Below the pieces are notes generated by a model, which saw only the letters and a list, made by a program, of their open reading frames with translations, was not told the DNA's origin and searched no databases. The position numbers and the translations under genes are program-made. Shown here piece after piece: positions 18,941 to 27,760 of a DNA stretch of 46,043 nucleotides. Source of the DNA: a virus (taxonomy: Duplodnaviria > Heunggongvirae > Uroviricota > Caudoviricetes); IMG/VR virus record IMGVR_UViG_3300029841_000003; one strand, given 5' to 3'. Position 1 is the first letter of the stretch; the number at the start of each line of letters is the position of its first letter.

Positions 18941-20041
18941 TTACTTACAGATTTCATAATACTGAGCAGACAGCTTTTCGATGTCTGGACCGAAGATTAC
19001 ACATGCAATCTCAGCTAGATCATTAAACATTCCAATGTGCTCTATGTAATCTAAACGATTCTGTAGCTTAGGCCTATGTGTCTCATTGTAATGTTCAAGC
19101 TGTACTTTAGTATTCATATGAAACTTATTGTCGAATTCTCTGTAGAGGAATGGCCAACGTGTATGAGGACTTCCTCCGAAGCGTACAATTCTATTGAGGA
19201 TCTGACGTTTATCTGCTAATGGAATGTCTGATGTAAGATTACGAATAATGTCTTCCTGATGTGAAATAGTGTGATTCTGCTGCTGAATTGTATTGTTCTG
19301 TTGCTGGATAGTATCAAGAGTAGTTTTAAAAAGAAGTCGAGTGTTCTGATCCGCAAATGGGAGATAGGTGTCTAGGAAAAGATCGGATTGTGATGGGTTA
19401 ACGTAGCCCCCTGTCTTACGGATGGATGGGAGTACTTCTGAAGTAACCCAATGCTTGAACTCTTTTGCTGATGGAAGCTTGCTACTGAGGATGAGAGAGT
19501 AGAGACCGGATTCGTTGATGATAGTCATCTGCTGTGTTCCGGAAGGTGTTGCCATTTTAGCAACACCTCTATCTTCATTCTCAATCTTCTTTGAAATTGC
19601 ACTTCTAGGATCAGAATAACCTAGAGCTTCTGCTACATCTTTACCTACAAACCACACTTCGTTATCAATTTCTACTGTTCTGACAGTGCCAAATTGTGGG
19701 TGAGTGAACACTGTTGGGGGTTCTGATACTGATTTTTCTTCTGTAAAAGTAGCAATATTATTATTTATAAACCAGTTTACTGGCTTCTTGTCAGGTGCCA
19801 ACTGTTCGAATCCAGAGAAATTGATAATAATATGTTTATGGCCATCTAGGATGATATGATCTATATTTTCCGGTGAAACATGGTATTTTATAGCTTTCCA
19901 TGTGTCTTTGTATCCACAAATGACTGCTACATCTTTGCCTACGAACCATGTGGTTCCTTCAATGATAGAGTATCTGAGAGGGATTGAAATTGAATCATTA
20001 GTGTGGTATAGTAATGTGTGGGTATTAGTAAAAGTCTTCAT
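18941..20041 (-). CDS. BRO-N family antirepressor-like protein (two BRO-N repeats)
   Basis: WFVGKDVA occurs twice; also INESGLYSLILSSKLPSAKEFKHWVTSEVLPSIRKTGGY. Confidence 0.92.
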   Translation of the reverse strand: MKTFTNTHTLLYHTNDSISIPLRYSIIEGTTWFVGKDVAVICGYKDTWKAIKYHVSPENIDHIILDGHKHIIINFSGFEQLAPDKKPVNWFINNNIATFTEEKSVSEPPTVFTHPQFGTVRTVEIDNEVWFVGKDVAEALGYSDPRSAISKKIENEDRGVAKMATPSGTQQMTIINESGLYSLILSSKLPSAKEFKHWVTSEVLPSIRKTGGYVNPSQSDLFLDTYLPFADQNTRLLFKTTLDTIQQQNNTIQQQNHTISHQEDIIRNLTSDIPLADKRQILNRIVRFGGSPHTRWPFLYREFDNKFHMNTKVQLEHYNETHRPKLQNRLDYIEHIGMFNDLAEIACVIFGPDIEKLSAQYYEICK

Positions 20042-20053
20042 ATAAAATGCTCC

Positions 20054-20323
20054 TTATGATTTATAAACTTGTTTACAGGTTAAAGCTTCAAGCTCATCAT
20101 AGTCATACTCAGTTAAGTGGGAATCTGTAGTATTGATCAGGAATTCGTTGGGTTCGAAAGATGAGAGAAGTGAGTCTAAGAGTAGAAGAGTGTTTTGTAC
20201 ACCTAGATTGTAGCCTTTTACTGCATCTGGAGGTGCAGTAGATAGAATGGCTGATTTGTGAGAATCAAGTTGTTTCTGGAGTTCTTGAGTAAGATTGACT
20301 CCAATAAAAGTAATGTCGTTCAT
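20054..20323 (-). CDS. Hypothetical protein
   Basis: Strong RBS AGGAGG. First gene after the leftward promoter. Confidence 0.75.
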   Translation of the reverse strand: MNDITFIGVNLTQELQKQLDSHKSAILSTAPPDAVKGYNLGVQNTLLLLDSLLSSFEPNEFLINTTDSHLTEYDYDELEALTCKQVYKS

Positions 20324-20363
20324 ATGTGCCTCCTGTGATTTCTATCCCTTTCGGGATAAGTGT

Positions 20364-20414
20364 ATTATAGCACTGACCATGAAAAATGTCAACAGAATTT
20401 TACAAACTTGTTTA
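20364..20414 (-). promoter_or_regulatory. Leftward sigmaA promoter with upstream 17-bp motif
   Basis: TTGACA (20392-20387), 17-bp spacer, TG-C-TATAAT (20369-20364). TAAACAAGTTTGTAAAA at 20414-20398. Confidence 0.85.
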
Positions 20415-21123
20415 GAAAAATAAAAACAGGTGAATCAGGAAAACATATATAATAAGGAAGAAACTCTGATCTGGAAATCGAGTGAGAGAGATGTGATGAT
20501 CGGAGAATCTGGGAACATGGATCCGAAATCTGAACTTGGTGTCAAAAAAGCTCTGCATCCCCCGGAAACACTGCATTTTTGCGGCTCTCAGGGCATAAGT
20601 ACCCCCGGTTTAAAACGTGCGAAAATGCTTATTTTCAAACCTTTAGTGGGCAGATGTGAACAGTTTGGGCTGATTTTGGCAGTTTCTGACTGAAGTAGTA
20701 GGAATGCTATGAATTACACAACAGTAAGATGTATCGTTTTACAAACGCCCCGTTTTCAAGGCTTTAAAGTGATAAAGTGGATAGCCCTAGTATACTTTAA
20801 TAAATCAGTGTTATACATCTGTACCGTAGCAAAATTTTAAAGTATTGAAATTTTACAATTGAAAAATTTTGCAGTGATAATACTATAGAATTTTACAGTA
20901 ATAAAGCAATCAGAATATTCGCACAATATAATGAATTGTATTGAATTGTGTCTGTTTTCTCTGCTCGAGCCATAGTGTTTTTAAGATTGTGAATACAATT
21001 TTGCTTTAAAATTCAATGTTTCAGACAATTGTTTTCTTATGCACTGAATTATCTAATAATTTTTACTAGAAGTTTAATTGTATATACAACTCAACAAATT
21101 GAATAGAAAAGAGGCTATGATTT

Positions 21124-21300
21124 ATGTCAAATTATGAATATAACAAGAAATATGTAAAAGAGTGGGATAAAAAGAACTTAAAACGTATAGGTGTCGCATT
21201 GCGTATTGACGAATACGAAAAACTCAAACAATATTGCGATTCTAACAATATTGCAGTAGCAACTTTCATTAAATCACGTATTGCAGATATAATTGATTAA
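21124..21300 (+). CDS. Small ribbon-helix-helix-like DNA-binding protein, 58 aa (not in ORF track)
   Basis: MSNYEYNKKYVKEWDKKNLKRIGVALRIDEYEKLKQYCDSNNIAVATFIKSRIADIID. Same pattern as the ORF at 25687. Confidence 0.7.
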   Translation: MSNYEYNKKYVKEWDKKNLKRIGVALRIDEYEKLKQYCDSNNIAVATFIKSRIADIID

Positions 21301-21318
21301 ACTTTACTAATTAACACT

Positions 21319-21372
21319 CTATTCTGAATATTTAAACTATTCTAAATATTTAATCTATTCTAAATATTCTAA
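21319..21372. repeat. Three AT-rich tandem 18-bp repeats
   Basis: CTATTCTGAATATTTAAA / CTATTCTAAATATTTAAT / CTATTCTAAATATTCTAA. Confidence 0.8.
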
Positions 21373-21545
21373 CAACTATGTATTACACTATGTATGCAAT
21401 CTGCCTGCTCCTGACGACCTTTATTTTTCGCTTTAATAGGAAGTAATTTTTCACGAAAAAACTTTTTTTCATGCCAAAAAGCCTGTATTTATACGGCTTT
21501 GCGAGCTTTTACAAACGTGTAAATAAAAATATTTTAAAAAAAGTA

Positions 21546-21574
21546 TTGACAACCTACTGTAACAGTAGTATGAT
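21546..21574 (+). promoter_or_regulatory. Rightward sigmaA promoter P1 with palindromic spacer
   Basis: TTGACA, 17 bp, TATGAT, with an A-tract UP element. The spacer contains CTACTGT-A-ACAGTAG. Confidence 0.8.
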
Positions 21575-21685
21575 AAGCGTGTCGATAAGGAAAGGCGGTC
21601 GACAAGTTCAAACAGTGGTTCTGGAATCCACAGAAAAATTCCTAAAACAGTAAATAAAACTTTTTCAAAAAGTTTTAAAAAGTAC

Positions 21686-21714
21686 TTGACACAACCAAAC
21701 AGTTGTGGTAAAGT
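21686..21714 (+). promoter_or_regulatory. Rightward sigmaA promoter P2
   Basis: TTGACA, 17 bp, extended TGTGG-TAAAGT, with an A/T-tract UP element. Confidence 0.7.
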
Positions 21715-21802
21715 ACAATCATCAACAAGAGCACAACTTGTTGAGTAACAAAAAAGCCCTTGCGCTAACAAGGGCAGAGATAACTGAATAGGAGGTGATT
21801 AC

Positions 21803-21916
21803 ATGAACCTTAAAGGTTTTGACGTTCCAGATGGGTTCATGGGATGGGTGGACTCTATCCAGCGGTATATGCTTTTTGCTTCATACCGTGACTATAGAGA
21901 ATACCTTGAGCCATAG
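21803..21916 (+). CDS. 37-aa small protein (not in ORF track)
   Basis: Perfect RBS AGGAGGTGA. MNLKGFDVPDGFMGWVDSIQRYMLFASYRDYREYLEP*. Confidence 0.8.
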   Translation: MNLKGFDVPDGFMGWVDSIQRYMLFASYRDYREYLEP

Positions 21917-21933
21917 GGGGCTTTTGCCCCCTA
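21914..21933 (+). terminator. Stable hairpin after the 37-aa gene
   Basis: TAGGGGGC-TTTT-GCCCCCTA. No clear U-tract. Confidence 0.5.
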
Positions 21934-22202
21934 AACCCTAAACAGTTATTGTAACTATTATACCATATTGCCTTGCATGATGCAAGAGTACGTTCCTTGA
22001 AATCATATATAGTTAGTGCGTCTACACCTTGATGGGTAGCTTGCCACGTCCAAACTTTCACCTTGATGGGATTGTCTGGAATCTCTAGTAATAGAGCGCA
22101 AGAGTGCTGTCTATATTACATATGCTTATTAACAGTCTACGGACTAACTATATATTTTTTTAAGTGATAAACAATAAAATAAATCCACAGGAGGAAATTA
22201 TT

Positions 22203-22982
22203 ATGTCAAACAAAACTTTTAAAATTACAATCACAGGAAAGAATGAGAAAGAGTTATTTGCACCAAAACAGGTTGTCAATGTACAGCGGTTTGGTGAAGA
22301 TGTACAGTTAGAATACGACAGACAGCACTATTTACAGTTGTCTGATAAATATTCTAAAGCTGTTGCATCAAGAACAAAAGCCCTTGAAAAGGGTGAAGTA
22401 TCTAAGGCTAAAAAAGCTGACCTTGACGCTAAAGTTGAGTCTGCTAAAGAAGCACTTGACACTTTCAAATCAGAGCTTGTTGAAAGATATTCAGAGGACA
22501 GTTTCTGCCCTAAGCCTACTAGCAATCGCATTGCTTCCGTCTATGTATGGGCTTACTTCCAGACAGGCGGTACATTCACACTGACAGGCTTTCATTCACT
22601 CTATGTCAATGCTAAAGACTATCAGGCTACTTACAATGACGTTGAGTCATTCGACGCTGATAGACAGCGTGATTTCAAATATGTGAAAGAACTCTGTAAA
22701 GACATCATGTCACCAGTATTCAATACTGCCAATGACGGTACAGATGATTCCATGTATAAAAACTTCACATTAGGTGCTACACCAGCATGGGTTGCTAACA
22801 ACTTGTGTGCATTCATCTGGGGTAAATTACAGGCAGGCTCTAAGGGCTTAAAGCGTAACTATGGTAAAGAAGTCGAAGCATCCAGACAGCTGATTCTGTC
22901 TTATCTTGAATACTTAGGTATTCCAGTAGATGACGCTATCAAAGTATCAGCAGAGGAATCTATGGAGACTCGTATGGCTTAA
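22203..22982 (+). CDS. Hypothetical early protein
   Basis: AGGAGG RBS; codon usage looks like that of a highly expressed gene. Confidence 0.8.
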   Translation: MSNKTFKITITGKNEKELFAPKQVVNVQRFGEDVQLEYDRQHYLQLSDKYSKAVASRTKALEKGEVSKAKKADLDAKVESAKEALDTFKSELVERYSEDSFCPKPTSNRIASVYVWAYFQTGGTFTLTGFHSLYVNAKDYQATYNDVESFDADRQRDFKYVKELCKDIMSPVFNTANDGTDDSMYKNFTLGATPAWVANNLCAFIWGKLQAGSKGLKRNYGKEVEASRQLILSYLEYLGIPVDDAIKVSAEESMETRMA

Positions 22983-23052
22983 TCGTACTGATATGCTCTG
23001 CCTATGACTTCGGTCGTAGGTAGTCATATCAATATGATAGGAGGAATTAACT

Positions 23053-23637
23053 ATGAAACCATGTTCACAGGTCAGAGGTTTTGGCACTAACTTTCACAAC
23101 TATGTGTTACCTCTTTACAGCCTTTTTGGTAATGTCAATGGCACACTTTACGTGTGTATTAGACCACATTACAGAGTGTCACGGCTCAAAGTCTGGAATG
23201 GCTACAGATGGGTAGACACCACTACTAAAGACCATCCAGATATTAGACATTTCATTATAGCTTTCATGAACTCTGCTGATTTTATCAGTGAAGAACCTGT
23301 AAAATGTCGTAGAGATACTAGAGCTATAGCTTCCATGCTTCCACGTGAGAAGAAGCATCCACAACCTATGTATGGCTCAAAAAGCGGCTGTTACTCACAG
23401 GCACGAGTTGACGGTCAGGGCTATAACATCTCATGGGAAGAAGATTCCAAACCTGTATTCGGTCATGGTTTACCTGTCAAGTATTCCGAAGGTCACAGAT
23501 TACCGCCGGTGGGCTTTAATAGCTTCGAAGGCTACACCGACACGCCAGAAGCACGTCGTAGAGATGGCATGAAGATTAAACAGATTAAGTGCAGACCGGG
23601 CAAGGTCTATGTTGTTGAAACACAAGCAAAAAAATAA
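23053..23637 (+). CDS. Hypothetical protein
   Basis: AGGAGG RBS, 194 aa. Confidence 0.75.
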   Translation: MKPCSQVRGFGTNFHNYVLPLYSLFGNVNGTLYVCIRPHYRVSRLKVWNGYRWVDTTTKDHPDIRHFIIAFMNSADFISEEPVKCRRDTRAIASMLPREKKHPQPMYGSKSGCYSQARVDGQGYNISWEEDSKPVFGHGLPVKYSEGHRLPPVGFNSFEGYTDTPEARRRDGMKIKQIKCRPGKVYVVETQAKK

Positions 23638-23675
23638 TATGAGTTATGCCACTCTAAAAGGCAGGAGGAAAAATT

Positions 23676-24239
23676 ATGACAAAGATCTACACAAGAATCA
23701 TCAACAAGAAAACCACATCAGTAGAGCTGAAATCTGTTTTAGGCAGAGAACTCTACATTTGTAACAATGGAAACTGGACAGATGTTCTCAACGAATTTTC
23801 TTTCAGCTACACAGCAGAGCAATTCTGTCAGTATATTGTCGACTATGAAGCATGGGCAGAACTCAACAACGTCTATGTAGAAATTACAGAAGGCAAGGCA
23901 GAATTTAGGCAACCAATAAACGAAGCCAAAGACCTTCTGAAAGAATGGCTTGAGAATAACGAACTCGAAGAGTTTAGGTCTTTGTATTCCACTCTTTCAG
24001 CAAAGCAGAAGGAAGCCGTTCTCTGTATTCTTAGGTACAGTGAAATTCTCGACATGGATTTAATGTGTCCGACAACAAGCGAACTGTCACTTCTCTGGAA
24101 AGACTCTATTAAGAAACAGAAACACAAAGCAAATCTGCTGATCCCAGTAATGGAAACAGATTGTACATACACTATCAATTTGTTTACAGGTAAAGTAGTA
24201 GGCTATGCAGATATAGATACTGTTGAGGACATTCTTTGA
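23676..24239 (+). CDS. Hypothetical protein
   Basis: AGGAGG RBS, 187 aa. Confidence 0.75.
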   Translation: MTKIYTRIINKKTTSVELKSVLGRELYICNNGNWTDVLNEFSFSYTAEQFCQYIVDYEAWAELNNVYVEITEGKAEFRQPINEAKDLLKEWLENNELEEFRSLYSTLSAKQKEAVLCILRYSEILDMDLMCPTTSELSLLWKDSIKKQKHKANLLIPVMETDCTYTINLFTGKVVGYADIDTVEDIL

Positions 24240-24250
24240 AAAATTTTAAC

Positions 24251-24288
24251 AAGGCAATCGGTTTGGTTCAATACCGGTTACCTTTTTT
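24251..24288 (+). terminator. Rho-independent terminator
   Basis: AAGGCAATCGGT/ACCGGTTACCTT stem followed by a T-tract. Confidence 0.65.
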
Positions 24289-24319
24289 GATTAGAGGAAA
24301 CAATTAGGAGGAAATCATT

Positions 24320-24724
24320 ATGAACAAGGCAGACAAAGTAAAGCAGAAATTAATCAAGGAAGTAGTAATTCCTTCATTGATAGGAGTGTTAATAGCACTC
24401 CTTTTTTTATTGGCTGTAGTGAAACCTACAGGAGCAAGTGAAGACAGCACCCGTCCAATGACAGGCACTGTCTATTTTGTTTCAGGGAGAAGTGTCTCAA
24501 TAGTTTCTCCTGATAAGCGCACTTGGAGTTACAAAGGAAAAGGCTTCACAGTAGGTGACACAGTATCTTGTGTTGTGTCTAATAATGGCACATCCAAAAC
24601 AGTAGATGATTATATCAAATCGACTGTTGTGAGCGAAGGACAACCAATAGAAATAGAAGCAGCTGAAGAAGGGGCTTTAGTCCACTTCGCAAGCGAAACA
24701 TGGTATTTAGAAAGAAGGTATTAA
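24320..24724 (+). CDS. Membrane-anchored or secreted hypothetical protein
   Basis: N-terminal hydrophobic helix. Shares D..SC....NGT....DD.I with the ORF at 26344. Confidence 0.75.
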   Translation: MNKADKVKQKLIKEVVIPSLIGVLIALLFLLAVVKPTGASEDSTRPMTGTVYFVSGRSVSIVSPDKRTWSYKGKGFTVGDTVSCVVSNNGTSKTVDDYIKSTVVSEGQPIEIEAAEEGALVHFASETWYLERRY

Positions 24725-24725
24725 T

Positions 24726-25190
24726 ATGAACTTAGAAGTATTATATAAACAGTTTTCTGGCAACGATTCATTTGAGACACCAGAGGACAGAAAATCAGTA
24801 TATCTTGAATCTTTAGAAAAGCTGTACCCAGGAATTCTTTGCTCCATTGGTCAATGTATGAGTGTAAAGTTAACAGGTGATCCTTATGAAGATGAAGGAT
24901 TCTACACAACAGAAATGAGAAAATCAGATTATCCATGGTGGATAGTGACTACTTCTGTCGGAGACGAAGGAGCAATAGCTTTATTCTATCCGGGAGCAAT
25001 GGAACGCTTGGCAATGGTATTAGGTGAAAGCTACTATGTAGGATGTGCTGGAGATGATCGAGCAATATTAATCGGTGAAAGTTTTATGTCTTTGGAAAGA
25101 TTCCAAAATCTCTGTCAGAGAAAATATCAAGGCAAAGGATATTTTTACAATGCTGAAACAGGAATCTTTTCACTTGCACAAGGGAACTAG
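24726..25190 (+). CDS. DUF5688 C-terminal-like protein
   Basis: IVTT...GAIALFYPGAMERLA..LGESYYV resembles the C-terminal part of DUF5688. Confidence 0.5.
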   Translation: MNLEVLYKQFSGNDSFETPEDRKSVYLESLEKLYPGILCSIGQCMSVKLTGDPYEDEGFYTTEMRKSDYPWWIVTTSVGDEGAIALFYPGAMERLAMVLGESYYVGCAGDDRAILIGESFMSLERFQNLCQRKYQGKGYFYNAETGIFSLAQGN

Positions 25191-25223
25191 ATAATTTATA
25201 ATCTCTGTAGGAGGTATAAACCT

Positions 25224-25442
25224 ATGCAGAGAATTATTAATCCAGCCTTAGCCAAGGCAAACATGAGCAAAACGGAACTTGGTGCTCGTTTGGGAGTAAC
25301 TCAACAGAATATATCTAAAAGAATCCAGAGAGGCAAATTCACTCTTGATGAACTTCAAGAAATAGCTCGTTGTATGGGAGCAGAATTTAACTGTTCCTTT
25401 GATTTCCCAGATGGAACTAAAATAGGGACAAAAGGAGAGTGA
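25224..25442 (+). CDS. XRE-family helix-turn-helix regulator
   Basis: MSKTELGARLGVTQQNISKRIQRGKFTLDELQEIA. Confidence 0.85.
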   Translation: MQRIINPALAKANMSKTELGARLGVTQQNISKRIQRGKFTLDELQEIARCMGAEFNCSFDFPDGTKIGTKGE

Positions 25443-25445
25443 TAT

Positions 25446-25646
25446 ATGTATTACGTTAGTATATTACATAGAGTACCGTATACTACTGTAGAATACACAA
25501 CGGAAACTTACTTTATAGATGAAGTAGCAGCGGACAATTGGATTGATAAAATTTTTATGCCGCATGAATTTCATCCAGACTTGTGTACTATAGTAGACAG
25601 AGGACCAGCCTCATGGTCTAAAATAGGAGTGCTTTGCGCAGACTAA
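25446..25646 (+). CDS. Hypothetical protein
   Basis: AGGAG RBS; followed by a terminator. Confidence 0.65.
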   Translation: MYYVSILHRVPYTTVEYTTETYFIDEVAADNWIDKIFMPHEFHPDLCTIVDRGPASWSKIGVLCAD

Positions 25647-25672
25647 GACATCTCGAAAGAGGTGTCTTTTTT
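25645..25672 (+). terminator. Rho-independent terminator
   Basis: AAGACATCTC-GAAA-GAGGTGTCTT followed by a T-tract. Confidence 0.85.
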
Positions 25673-25686
25673 ATTGGAGAAAAGAA

Positions 25687-25872
25687 ATGGCAGTATCAGA
25701 AGCTCAGAAGAGAGCAAGTAAAAAATATTTCGATAATAACTACAGACAAGTGAAACTGTCAATGCCTATTAAAGAAGCGGAAACTTTAGATATATATTGT
25801 AAAGAACATAAATGTAGCAAAGCTGGCTTTATCCGGGCATTGATTAGAGAAAAGTTGGAGGAGTCATCATGA
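25687..25872 (+). CDS. Ribbon-helix-helix/Arc-like DNA-binding protein
   Basis: SEAQKRASKKY...Y.QVKL......E.L..YC.....S...FI..LI pattern. Confidence 0.7.
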   Translation: MAVSEAQKRASKKYFDNNYRQVKLSMPIKEAETLDIYCKEHKCSKAGFIRALIREKLEESS

Positions 25873-26102
25873 CAATTAAATATACAACCGTTCGACTGCA
25901 ACGGAAAGAGGCTCTTTTGGGATACATAGTACCTAAAGGAGCCTTATTTATTAGAGGTAATGGACTTCAGTTTGTATGTACTGAACGTCCAAAGGACCCT
26001 ATGAATATTCCTGTGTTAATGTTTCAGAATGGAAACTGGCACAGAATTTCAGTGTCTGTCATGTACTCATACTTAGCAAGAGAGATAGTAAATTTTATCT
26101 AA
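25869..26102 (+). CDS. Hypothetical protein
   Basis: ATGA overlap with the upstream gene, GGAGG RBS. Confidence 0.7.
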   Translation: MTIKYTTVRLQRKEALLGYIVPKGALFIRGNGLQFVCTERPKDPMNIPVLMFQNGNWHRISVSVMYSYLAREIVNFI

Positions 26103-26116
26103 AGGAGGAATCTGCT

Positions 26117-26317
26117 ATGAATAATGTCTACACTATCCAAGAGATTATGACTTTGAAATTCTGTGAGTTGTCCAATGTAGTGTATGAAGCTATCTTAGCA
26201 GAACTCACAAGGCAATACAAAGATATGATTGATAAACTGTTGCCTATCTTTGATAAGGCACCTGTATATCAGTTAGACCAGTATGTAGATATCTATAAAT
26301 TTATAGTAGTTATATAA
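26117..26317 (+). CDS. Hypothetical protein
   Basis: AAGGAGG RBS. Confidence 0.7.
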   Translation: MNNVYTIQEIMTLKFCELSNVVYEAILAELTRQYKDMIDKLLPIFDKAPVYQLDQYVDIYKFIVVI

Positions 26318-26343
26318 GATATATAAGAAAGGAAATAAAAATC

Positions 26344-26682
26344 ATGAAGAAATTATTAGCAGTAGTATTAACAACTATGATGATAACAACCCCAGTATCA
26401 GCAGCTCCAACAACAGATGGAGAATACAAAGACCTATATCCTCTGACAGGAATAGTAACAGAGGTTGAGCACATGGAAGATACTGATCTGATTACTATGA
26501 CAACTGCCAATGGAAATCAGTTCTCTTGGTACGCTGACGCAGAAGACTGTTGGTCTATTAATGACCTTGCTTCATGCATCATGGAGTCCAACGGAACCGA
26601 GATTGTCTATGATGATGAAATTGTAGACGCACACTATGCAGGTGGGCTTAAACAATTTGCTCGGTATGCAAGGGAGGACTAA
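26344..26682 (+). CDS. Secreted hypothetical protein (signal peptide)
   Basis: MKKLLAVVL...VSA signal peptide. Paralog-like to the ORF at 24320. Confidence 0.75.
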   Translation: MKKLLAVVLTTMMITTPVSAAPTTDGEYKDLYPLTGIVTEVEHMEDTDLITMTTANGNQFSWYADAEDCWSINDLASCIMESNGTEIVYDDEIVDAHYAGGLKQFARYARED

Positions 26683-26684
26683 TC

Positions 26685-26870
26685 ATGAAATATAAACTTA
26701 GAATCTATTTCAAAACAGGTTCCAACAAAGGAAATCTAAGGAAAGAAGAGTTCTTTCCTACAAAGGAACTGATGCAGGAAAGATATGAGGAACTGTTTAA
26801 TTCTAAAGACTATGCTCTTAATCCTACAACATGGGAGTTGATAGGAGATGAGTGGCTGAGAATTTTTTAA
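26685..26870 (+). CDS. Hypothetical protein
   Basis: GGGAGG RBS, 61 aa. Confidence 0.7.
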   Translation: MKYKLRIYFKTGSNKGNLRKEEFFPTKELMQERYEELFNSKDYALNPTTWELIGDEWLRIF

Positions 26871-27003
26871 AGTAGAAAATAAAATATACTGCATAAGCAG
26901 TATATTTAAGCATCTTGAATTACTCAAAAAGGGGTAGCATGAAATCTAGGGCTACCCGTTTTCCTCCAAGATGTTTAACTATGCTGCTTAGAAAGGAAAC
27001 AAT

Positions 27004-27228
27004 ATGTTAAAGAAAGTAACCAGAAGAGAAGCACAAAAAGCACTTGTTGCAGGGAATCCTGTATATTTGCTTCCGAATAGAATGCAAGTGAATTCACCTT
27101 GGGCGCATCCATTCAAAGTGAAGACCCCTATGTCAGAAGAGAAATTTAATCGTCTGATAATGAAATATGAACATGCTTGTTGCACTGTAGATACAGGAAC
27201 CGGAAGTTTCTGTTATATAGATGCTTGA
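27004..27228 (+). CDS. Hypothetical protein
   Basis: GAAAGGA RBS. Confidence 0.7.
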   Translation: MLKKVTRREAQKALVAGNPVYLLPNRMQVNSPWAHPFKVKTPMSEEKFNRLIMKYEHACCTVDTGTGSFCYIDA

Positions 27229-27253
27229 CAAGAGAACGGATGTTTGCTATTAT
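27225..27253 (+). promoter_or_regulatory. sigmaA promoter with LexA (Cheo)-box-like site in the spacer
   Basis: TTGACA, 17 bp, TG-C-TATTAT. GAAC-GGAT-GTTT at 27234-27245. Confidence 0.7.
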
Positions 27254-27287
27254 AAACACGTAAATAAAATCGGAAAGGAGAATAACG

Positions 27288-27518
27288 GTGAGACATATTT
27301 ATGTAAAGACTAATGTCGGCTACGGCAAGCTAGTTCTCTATGACAAAACATTATGGGCCTATCCTTATGTAGTAGAACAGTATAATCATAGACGTTCATT
27401 TTTCACTGGGGATTATAAAGGAAGATATATAACTAATGCTTCTTGTCATAGAAAAGAAGATATTAGGTTTCTCAGAAAGAGACCGCTGATTGATCTGATC
27501 ACCAAGAGAAAGGAATGA
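27288..27518 (+). CDS. Small protein with C-terminal LxxLIxxR motif
   Basis: Ends PLIDLITKRKE. Paralog of 27515. Confidence 0.75.
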   Translation: MRHIYVKTNVGYGKLVLYDKTLWAYPYVVEQYNHRRSFFTGDYKGRYITNASCHRKEDIRFLRKRPLIDLITKRKE

Positions 27519-27760
27519 CTATGCAGAACATATATGTATATAATCGTAAAGATAAAATAGGAAAGCTGATATGGTATAGGGGTATAGTCCCTTACCCTTA
27601 TGTAGTCACTTATAGTCATTCCTACAATAGAATATTTTTATATAGTGGCTCAGTTGATGGTAGAGCTGTTATAAACTGTATGGTTTATAGTAAAGATGAA
27701 ATCAAGCTCTTGCATAAGAAACCATTGAGACATTTTATAGAAAAGAGGCAAGGCAAATGA
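27515..27760 (+). CDS. Small protein with C-terminal LxxLIxxR-like motif
   Basis: Ends PLRHFIEKRQGK. Shares IYV...GKL..Y....YPYVV with 27288. Confidence 0.75.
   Translation: MTMQNIYVYNRKDKIGKLIWYRGIVPYPYVVTYSHSYNRIFLYSGSVDGRAVINCMVYSKDEIKLLHKKPLRHFIEKRQGK

Noticed and set aside
20430..20693. 87-aa plus-strand ORF
   Set aside because: No convincing RBS and no recognisable motif; it lies in the control region. Probably spurious.
21319..21372. CRISPR array
   Set aside because: Short adjacent tandem repeats with no spacers and no cas genes.
21469..21771. ORFs of 60-100 aa on both strands over the promoters
   Set aside because: They overlap two consensus promoters and lack RBSs.
26894..26990. 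Bona fide 6S RNA
   Set aside because: About half the usual length, with no dedicated promoter or terminator. Kept only as an unexplained structure.
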